This document shows, in pieces, positions 1 through 5,472 of a stretch of DNA of 12,342 nt (its first letter is position 1; the number at the start of each line of letters is the position of its first letter). Source of the DNA: an archaeon (GTDB taxonomy: Archaea; Iainarchaeota; Iainarchaeia; Iainarchaeales; CSSED10-239). The translations under genes were made by a program, and so were the position numbers. The stretch lies in contig JBAYPN010000021.1 of NCBI GenBank assembly GCA_041677685.1, forward strand, positions 1 to 12,342, given 5' to 3'. Below the pieces are notes generated by a model that had not been told where the DNA came from, did no database searches, and saw only the letters and a program-made list of their open reading frames with translations.

Positions 1-645
1 AAACAAACAGAAGCAATTACAGCATGTGAATCTATAGGTGGTCATTTAATCACCAACAATGAATGGATGACCCTTGCAAGAAACATAGAACTTGTTCCTT
101 CTAATTGGTCAGGAGGAGTTGTTGGAAACGGTTATTTGCCAAGAGGAAACTCCTCCTCTTCAAGTGCTATGGATGGTTTTAATGAATTATCAGGTTGGAC
201 TAAACGTACCCTTACCTTAACAAATGGAGAAGTTATTTGGGATTTAGCTGGGAATGTTTGGGAATGGACAAATGATAGTATTTTGCAAAAAGACCAACCA
301 GATGGTTTCAATGATTTAGATGATAGTAGTTACACAGGTTATTCCTCTTTTGATTATTCAAAAGGTGGGGGTGTTGGGAGATATATAACTTCAGATAATT
401 TAGGTGATACTACTTTAAAATATAAAGATTTATTTTTATTAACAAGTAATAAATATAATGCGGATAATAATGGTGTTGGAAGAATTTATACATATAGTAA
501 TTATACTTCAACAACTCCTCTAGTGTTTTTGCGGGGCGGGTCGTGGTACTATGGCTCTGGCTCTGGGCTGTTGGCTCTGGGTCTGGGCTACGACTCTGGG
601 CGCCTGAGCTACTACATCGGCCTGCGGTGTGCAGTAGTTCCATAG
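1..645 (+). CDS. FGE-sulfatase / C-type-lectin-fold domain protein, 5'-truncated by the window edge (the Met at 67 is internal)
   Basis: Frame 1 is open from nt 1 (KQTEAITACESIGGHLITNNEW...). Motifs typical of the formylglycine-generating-enzyme-like fold are present: 'CESIGGHLITNNEW', 'WDLAGNVWEWTND', 'LRGGSW', and 'IGLRCA' a few residues before stop TAG 643-645. Confidence 0.8.
   Translation, partial: KQTEAITACESIGGHLITNNEWMTLARNIELVPSNWSGGVVGNGYLPRGNSSSSSAMDGFNELSGWTKRTLTLTNGEVIWDLAGNVWEWTNDSILQKDQPDGFNDLDDSSYTGYSSFDYSKGGGVGRYITSDNLGDTTLKYKDLFLLTSNKYNADNNGVGRIYTYSNYTSTTPLVFLRGGSWYYGSGSGLLALGLGYDSGRLSYYIGLRCAVVP
531..640 (+). other. Candidate DGR variable region (VR) forming the 3' end of the FGE/CLec ORF
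   Basis: My hand count gives 71/110 G+C and 10 A for 531-640, against 24/110 G+C and 42 A for 421-530. Codon usage switches to CGG/CGC, CTG, TAC and GGC/GGG. The frame and fold motifs are uninterrupted. A GC-rich 3' end (GGCCTGCGGTGTGC, 619-632) precedes a hairpin. Confidence 0.5.
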
Positions 646-662
646 CTGGTTTTGGCCAGCTA
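643..662. other. Inverted repeat / hairpin overlapping the stop codon of the FGE/CLec ORF
   Basis: TAGCTGG (643-649) pairs with CCAGCTA (656-662), giving a 7-bp stem and a 6-nt loop. With a T650-G655 wobble it becomes an 8-bp stem with a 4-nt loop. Confidence 0.6.
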
Positions 663-792
663 GCGTCCAAAGAAAAAAATGTATTTCAAAAATATTATAT
701 TTTATCGGCTTATCGGATAACGGAAAATCGGAGGCTGTATGCAATTTGAGAAAAAGAGTGCGCAGAAAAAGTGACTTGTGACCGATGCATTG

Positions 793-830
793 CCGCCTTC
801 CGGGAGGAAGGCGGATAAGCAAATTTTTTT
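793..830 (+). terminator. GC-rich hairpin with GNRA-type loop followed by a T7 run (intrinsic-terminator-like)
   Basis: CCGCCTTCC (793-801), loop GGGA, GGAAGGCGG (806-814) form a perfect 9-bp stem. The sequence ATAAGCAAA TTTTTTT follows, with the T-run at 824-830. Confidence 0.5.
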
Positions 831-857
831 GACCCCGAGAAGGGGTCAAAAAAATTT
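821..857. terminator. Perfect palindrome with 16-bp arms between convergent genes; presents a T7 tract to each strand
   Basis: AAATTTTTTTGACCCC (821-836), loop GAGAA, GGGGTCAAAAAAATTT (842-857). On both strands the T7 precedes the GC core, which fits archaeal oligo-T termination better than a bacterial intrinsic terminator. Confidence 0.45.
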
Positions 858-922
858 GAGTCGCAAAATAAAAATATCTTTATTTAAAATAGATGTTTCG
901 TTTTTTAAATTTTTAGTAAAGT

Positions 923-1984
923 TTATTTTTCAAAAAGAAGTGTATATTTTTTTGTTTTCTGATTTATGTCTTTAACTTTAAAGTTTGCATTTATTTTTTC
1001 TAAGTTTTCATTTATTTTTATTATAATCTCTAATGGTTTTATTTTTTTTTCCAAACCAACGTTTATATTTTTATTTATTGACTCTATTACAAGATAGTTA
1101 GAATATATAATCTCTCCTTCCTTTTCAAGTTCTTTTATTTTTTCTAAAAATTCATTTTTTGTATTTTCTTGTTCTCTAAGTATTTTGACTAATTTGTCTT
1201 TCTTTGTATTTTTCTTTTCAATAATTTTTTCTTCAAAGTTACTTAAACATCTCTTTTCTAAGTCCTCAAAAAGATTTTTATTTTCTTGTTCTTCTGTCTT
1301 ATAATTGATATAAAATACAATTTTGTTTTCTTTTTCATCAATTGCAATTTTTGGATCCCTAAAAGTGTATAATTTCAGAATATTTTCATAAACTTCTTTT
1401 TCATATTCAGAAATAATTTCTTTACTTTCAATTGGTGCAACATTATATTCTCTTGCAAGAAATAATATTTTTTCTTTTTGTGAAAGTTCAGTTGTCTGCT
1501 GATTAAAATCACTCTTTGTTACTTCTTTAATATCCTTTCCAGCAGGGAATAAATAAATTTCATCTTTTTTAATAATTCTATCTTTCCATTCTTCCTTTTG
1601 CTTAGAAGTTATTATTTTAAAATCTAAATCTGTTAAAATGATATTAGAGCTACTAAAAAATTCAAAAATTAAATAATATTTGTCTAATCTAAAAAATATT
1701 AATCTATTATTTTTATCTTGCTTAATCTCATGTATCCTTTGATTATATAATTTTTTTTTTAAATATTTTTCAAAGCCACCAATTTCCCCAACAGGTAAAT
1801 TAAGATTAGATAACAAACACATTTGAGGGGTAACAATTAGTTGCTTAGTTTTTGATTTATGGACCTTTATTTTCCAAACATCTTTGTTTATTGTTTGCAC
1901 ATTATTAATGTACCCTAAAAGTAGCTCTGTTTCTAATTCTTTAGAGATATAGTAAAAAACAGTGCTTGTTAATTCTATTTTCAT
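923..1984 (-). CDS. NFACT-N domain protein (RqcH/Rqc2/FbpA-like ribosome quality control family), short form lacking NFACT-R
   Basis: The N-terminus 'MKIELTSTVFYYISKELETELLLGYINNVQ...KIKVHKSKTKQLIV...FEKYLKKKLYNQRIHEIKQDKNNRLIFFRL' follows the NFACT-N consensus (EL..l.G.rI..v.Q ... F...LRK.L.g.rI..i.Q...DRi). The C-terminal half is Lys/Glu-rich coiled coil. It lies 12 nt downstream of the preceding gene. Confidence 0.8.
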   Translation of the reverse strand: MKIELTSTVFYYISKELETELLLGYINNVQTINKDVWKIKVHKSKTKQLIVTPQMCLLSNLNLPVGEIGGFEKYLKKKLYNQRIHEIKQDKNNRLIFFRLDKYYLIFEFFSSSNIILTDLDFKIITSKQKEEWKDRIIKKDEIYLFPAGKDIKEVTKSDFNQQTTELSQKEKILFLAREYNVAPIESKEIISEYEKEVYENILKLYTFRDPKIAIDEKENKIVFYINYKTEEQENKNLFEDLEKRCLSNFEEKIIEKKNTKKDKLVKILREQENTKNEFLEKIKELEKEGEIIYSNYLVIESINKNINVGLEKKIKPLEIIIKINENLEKINANFKVKDINQKTKKYTLLFEK

Positions 1985-1996
1985 TTATTCTTCAAA

Positions 1997-3061
1997 TTAA
2001 CTTTTATCAAAGTCAATATAGTTATATTGATTATAAGCATATATTCTTTGAGAGATTTTATTATTATTAAATGTATATTCTTCATATACTTTTTTCTCAT
2101 CTTGATTTTTAAACATATCAAAAGGTGTTTTTTGTATAAGATCAAAAATATAATTTGTGTTTTTATATTTTGTACTTACCAAGGCATGTATATCTTCATT
2201 TTCAAGCATTACCATTTCAATTTTTGCATTCTTATCTTCTAAGTTATGCATAATTGAACAAAAAAGTATTGCCATAGAATGTTGGTCTGCAATTTTTTCT
2301 GTAATTATTTTAGAAAAAGAAAGGGTGTATGTTATTTTTAAATCACTAGTTACAACATCAATTTCAGATTTAAGGTAATTATATATTTTTCTAAGTGTAG
2401 GTATATAATCTTTATCAAAGTCATAGCCAATTGGTGTAAATTTGGATGCAATATTCTTAATAGTTAGATCTGAAGATTTTACAGAATCTTTCATTTCTGA
2501 AATTGTTTTTCTTTCGTTATCATTAATTATATTTTTATATTTATTTATAATTATAGAATAATATTTCGCTTTTGTAACATCATCACTGGTTGGTTCTAGA
2601 TTGTTTGTTTTTGATAAAGTTTTTATAAATGATTCTAATTCTGCAACTTTTTCTTTTAAATTTCTATTTTCGAGTTCAGTTTCATTCAACTCTCCAGTTA
2701 TTTTTATATTTTTAAATCTAAGTTCATCTTCTGGGTTATTATCTTTTTTAATTTCTGAAATTTTAGAAAATTCTAATTCAATTTTTGCATCAACCTTTTT
2801 AATCTCTGAATTTAGATATTTTGTTTTTTCAGAATAGTCTTGATCAGTTATGTTCTTTGCAATATACTTATATGATATTTCTTTTTTCTTTTCAATAAGT
2901 TCTTTTTTATCATTATTTAAATTTTCTATTGTTTGCCAGGTTGTTTGTTCTTTATCAACAACAGTTTTTGGTTTTTTTCTAAAATTAAATATTGTTATAA
3001 TTGTTCCAAACACAATAATTATTATTACAATTATTAAAAGTTGTATAAATTCAAGTTCCAT
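1997..3061 (-). CDS. Hypothetical membrane-anchored coiled-coil protein; C-terminal domain is weakly transglutaminase-like/papain-like
   Basis: An N-terminal hydrophobic helix 'FIQLLIIVIIIIVFGTIITIF' is followed by RKKPK. A long heptad-like Lys/Glu-rich segment follows. The C-terminal pattern 'IADQHSMAILFCSIMHNL..AKIEMVML..IHALVS..NYIFDL' resembles the helix-strand-His-Asp layout of transglutaminase-like cores (low confidence). An AGGTG Shine-Dalgarno (complement of 3072-3076) sits 10 nt upstream of the ATG. Confidence 0.75.
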   Translation of the reverse strand: MELEFIQLLIIVIIIIVFGTIITIFNFRKKPKTVVDKEQTTWQTIENLNNDKKELIEKKKEISYKYIAKNITDQDYSEKTKYLNSEIKKVDAKIELEFSKISEIKKDNNPEDELRFKNIKITGELNETELENRNLKEKVAELESFIKTLSKTNNLEPTSDDVTKAKYYSIIINKYKNIINDNERKTISEMKDSVKSSDLTIKNIASKFTPIGYDFDKDYIPTLRKIYNYLKSEIDVVTSDLKITYTLSFSKIITEKIADQHSMAILFCSIMHNLEDKNAKIEMVMLENEDIHALVSTKYKNTNYIFDLIQKTPFDMFKNQDEKKVYEEYTFNNNKISQRIYAYNQYNYIDFDKS

Positions 3062-3103
3062 TTTTAGAGTACACCTTTTTCTGTTATTAGTAGTAGCTTT
3101 ACT

Positions 3104-3114
3104 ATATATAATAT
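3104..3114 (-). promoter_or_regulatory. Candidate TATA element for the 3061-923 operon
   Basis: ATATATAATAT lies ~45 nt upstream of the ATG at 3061. A transcription start ~25 nt downstream would leave the SD in the leader. The same 11-mer recurs in three other intergenic positions. Confidence 0.35.
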
Positions 3115-3273
3115 AGACTATAATGTTTTATATATTTTTATGTTTTAAGCTTTGATTTTAGAAAACCTTATTTTAAACAAATAATTATAATTGTGAGATA
3201 AAAATACTTGCATTACAAGTTAACAAAAAACAACAAAGACATTTGCATTTAAAAATAGTTTGGTTTCTTTATT

Positions 3274-3284
3274 ATATATAATAT
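3274..3284 (+). promoter_or_regulatory. Candidate TATA element for tuf-rps10
   Basis: This is the second copy of ATATATAATAT, within an 18-nt near-repeat (CTTTAYTATATATAATAT at 3097-3114 and 3267-3284). It lies ~105 nt upstream of the tuf ATG. Confidence 0.3.
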
Positions 3285-3388
3285 CTTATACTTTAATTAA
3301 ACTTTTTTACAAAGGAACATAAAAAAATTAAGTAAATAAGATAAAAATATAAATTTTATAAAAAATCTAAAAAACGGAGGAATCATAT

Positions 3389-4666
3389 ATGGCATCAGAT
3401 AAGCCACACATAAATGTTATTTTCATAGGGCATATTGACCAAGGTAAATCCACATTAGTTGGTAGATTAATGTACGATACCGGTGCTCTAACAGAACAAG
3501 ATTACAGAAAATTAGAAGCAATTGCAAAAGAAAAAGGAAAAGGTAGTTTTGCTTTTGCTTACATGATGGATAATCTTAAAGAAGAAAGAGAAAGAGGAGT
3601 AACAATTGATGTAAATTATAAAAAGTTTGAAACTAAAACTAAATTTTTCACAGTAATTGATGCACCTGGCCACGCCGACTATATTAAAAACATGATAACT
3701 GGAACATCTCAAGCAGACGCTGCAGTTTTGTTAGTTGGTGGAAAAGAAGGAATTATGCCTCAAACAAAAGAACATGCTTTCTTAGCAAAAGTTTTAGGTA
3801 TTAACCAAATTATTGTTGCTATTAATAAGATGGATGAAATCAGTTATGAAGAGTCTAGATTTAATACAGTAAAAGAAGATGTTTTAAAATTATTAAAAGG
3901 ATCTGGTTACAAGGATGAAAATATTCAAGTTATTCCTGTTTCTGCATGGATGGGTGACAATATTGTTAAAAAGTCTGAAAAGTTGCCATGGTATAAAGGT
4001 GTGTCTCTATTAGAAGCACTTGACAAGTTTGTTGCTCCAGAATCAGCAGAAGGAAAACCTTTAAGACTACCAATCCAAGATGTATATAATATCAAAGGTG
4101 TTGGAACTGTTCCTGTTGGTAAAGTTTCAAGTGGAATTATGAAACCTAATGACAAAATTATAATTCAACCTGAAGGTGTAGTTACAGAAGTTAAATCAAT
4201 TGAGATGCACCACGAACAATTAACAGAAGCAAGACCTGGAGATAATGTTGGTTTTAACTTAAGAAAGATTGGACCAAGAGATATTAGAAGAGGTTCAGTA
4301 ATAGGACATGAAAGTAATCCACCAACAGTTGCTGAAGAGTTTACTGCTCAAATAATTGTATTACACCACCCTTCTGCAATAACTGTTGGATACACTCCAG
4401 TTTTCCATATGCACACAGCTCAAATCTCTTGTTCAGTTATAGAGATTATAAAATCTTTAGACCCTAAGACTGGTGCAGTAAAGGAAGAAAATCCAAAGTT
4501 CATAAAAACAGGTGATGCTGCAATTGTAAAAATCAAACCAACACAACCTCTAGTAATTGAACAATTCAAAGAATTTCCACAATTAGGAAGACTTGCAATT
4601 AGAGATATGGGAAAAACTGTTGCTGCTGGAATTGTAATAGATGTTAAAAAGAAGGAAAAAAAATAA
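3389..4666 (+). CDS. tuf: Translation elongation factor 1-alpha (aEF-1A)
   Basis: GTPase motifs 'GHIDQGKST', 'DAPGH', 'NKMD' and 'SAW' are present. The EF-1A-type segment '[23 protein letters not shown]' is present. Length is 425 aa. GGAGG (3376-3380) lies 8 nt upstream of the ATG. Conserved tuf-rps10 adjacency holds. Confidence 0.97.
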   Translation: MASDKPHINVIFIGHIDQGKSTLVGRLMYDTGALTEQDYRKLEAIAKEKGKGSFAFAYMMDNLKEERERGVTIDVNYKKFETKTKFFTVIDAPGHADYIKNMITGTSQADAAVLLVGGKEGIMPQTKEHAFLAKVLGINQIIVAINKMDEISYEESRFNTVKEDVLKLLKGSGYKDENIQVIPVSAWMGDNIVKKSEKLPWYKGVSLLEALDKFVAPESAEGKPLRLPIQDVYNIKGVGTVPVGKVSSGIMKPNDKIIIQPEGVVTEVKSIEMHHEQLTEARPGDNVGFNLRKIGPRDIRRGSVIGHESNPPTVAEEFTAQIIVLHHPSAITVGYTPVFHMHTAQISCSVIEIIKSLDPKTGAVKEENPKFIKTGDAAIVKIKPTQPLVIEQFKEFPQLGRLAIRDMGKTVAAGIVIDVKKKEKK

Positions 4667-4700
4667 ATAAGTAACATTATAAAAGGGGAGATGTCAAGAT

Positions 4701-5009
4701 ATGCAAACCGCAAGAATTGTTGTGACAAGCACAGATTATAAGAAACTTACTGACTTTTGTAATGAAATTTTAGATGTTGCAAAGAAAGCAGGTGTCAAAC
4801 ACTCTGGGATTATACCTTTAAAAACAAAGAAGTTGGTTGTTCCTACTAGAAGAGGTGCTTCTGGTGGGGGAACTGAGACTTATCAAAAGTTTCAATTAAG
4901 GATTCACAAAAGAATAATTGATGTAAAAGCTGATGATAAGATCCTAAGAAGAGTTGTAAGGGTAGATGTTCCAGTAGATGTTCATATGGGAATTGAGCTA
5001 AAAGCTTAA
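4701..5009 (+). CDS. rps10: 30S ribosomal protein S10 (uS10)
   Basis: 'ARIVVTSTDYKKLTDFCNEI...GVKHSGIIPLKTKKLVVPTRR...FQLRIHKRIIDV' matches the archaeal S10 pattern. GGGGAG (4685-4690) precedes the ATG. It starts 34 nt after the tuf stop. Confidence 0.95.
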   Translation: MQTARIVVTSTDYKKLTDFCNEILDVAKKAGVKHSGIIPLKTKKLVVPTRRGASGGGTETYQKFQLRIHKRIIDVKADDKILRRVVRVDVPVDVHMGIELKA

Positions 5010-5053
5010 TTTTCCTTTTTTCTTATTTTTTTATTTTTACTTTTTTTATTTTA
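5010..5053 (+). terminator. Oligo-T rich stretch after rps10 (archaeal-type terminator signals)
   Basis: Several runs of T5-T7 follow directly on the TAA at 5007-5009 (TTTTCCTTTTTTCTTATTTTTTTATTTTTACTTTTTTTATTTT). Confidence 0.5.
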
Positions 5054-5165
5054 AATTTTAGAATTCCTTTATCATATTTTTTGTATTATCTTTTTTTTAA
5101 AATTTTATGGTTCTAATTTATTTTTTTTTAAAATCTATAATCTTGTTTTTCAATTTCAATTTGTT

Positions 5166-5300
5166 ATAAAATAATTATCTATAAAATAATTATCTATAAA
5201 ATAATTATCTATAAAATAATTATCTATAAAATAATTATCTATAAAATAATTATCTATAAAATAATAATTTATAAAATAATTATCTATAAATCAATCATTT
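5166..5300. repeat. 15-bp tandem repeat, 8 full copies plus a degenerate 9th
   Basis: The unit is ATAAAATAATTATCT. Copies 1-6 (5166-5255) and copy 8 (5271-5285) are identical. Copy 7 (5256-5270) has 2 substitutions. 5286-5300 is degenerate. Each intact unit contains the 8-bp perfect palindrome ATAATTAT. Confidence 0.95.
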
Positions 5301-5400
5301 ATTTTATAAATAAGTAAAAAACAAATTTCCAATTTTAAGAAATAAACAAAGATGTGTATTTTATGTCAAGTAGTAGTTTTTTAAAATCATTTATTTATAA

Positions 5401-5440
5401 TTTATATATATATTAATCAAATTTTGACAGAGTTGTCAAA
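5401..5440 (+). promoter_or_regulatory. Candidate serpin promoter: TATA-like tract plus a 7-bp inverted repeat (possible operator)
   Basis: TTTATATATATATTAAT starts at 5401. TTTGACA (5423-5429), spacer GAGT, TGTCAAA (5434-5440) lies about where a transcription start ~25 nt downstream of the TATA would fall. SD AAGGAG (5457-5462) is 10 nt before the ATG at 5473. Confidence 0.35.
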
Positions 5441-5472
5441 TTAAAATTATATTTTTAAGGAGTTAAAAACAT

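Noticed and set aside
700-745. Possible DGR template repeat: ATCGG...CTG..T.TGCA at 727-743 loosely resembles ATCGGCCTGCGGTGTGCA at 616-633
   Set aside because: The hand alignment needs gaps and several non-adenine mismatches, and the similarity does not extend upstream. A true TR should match the VR at essentially all non-A positions over ~100 nt. I found no TR in this window.
531-860. GC-rich island as a tRNA, rRNA, SRP RNA or RNase P RNA gene
   Set aside because: I could find no cloverleaf, no T-loop (GTTCRANYC) and no C/D boxes by eye. In addition, 531-645 continues the FGE-fold protein motifs in frame, so at least that part is coding. Only 663-860 remains a possible, unclassified RNA (reported as a finding).
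410-975. ORF-track entries 410-670(-), 520-849(-), 543-749(+) and 778-975(+) overlapping the GC-rich block and the palindromes
   Set aside because: They lack recognisable motifs and SD sequences. They overlap a well-supported CDS or terminator-like hairpins. Long stop-free frames are expected by chance in GC-rich sequence. The products (for example the Pro/Arg/Gln-rich 109 aa) look like out-of-frame translations.
5166-5300. CRISPR array
   Set aside because: The units are directly abutting 15-mers with no unique spacers, and no cas genes are in the window. This is a simple tandem repeat.
5352-5384. Mini-ORF MCILCQVVVF (CxxC) in the serpin upstream region
   Set aside because: It is only 10 codons, has no SD, and lies in AT-rich DNA where such ORFs arise by chance. 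Nothing supports translation.
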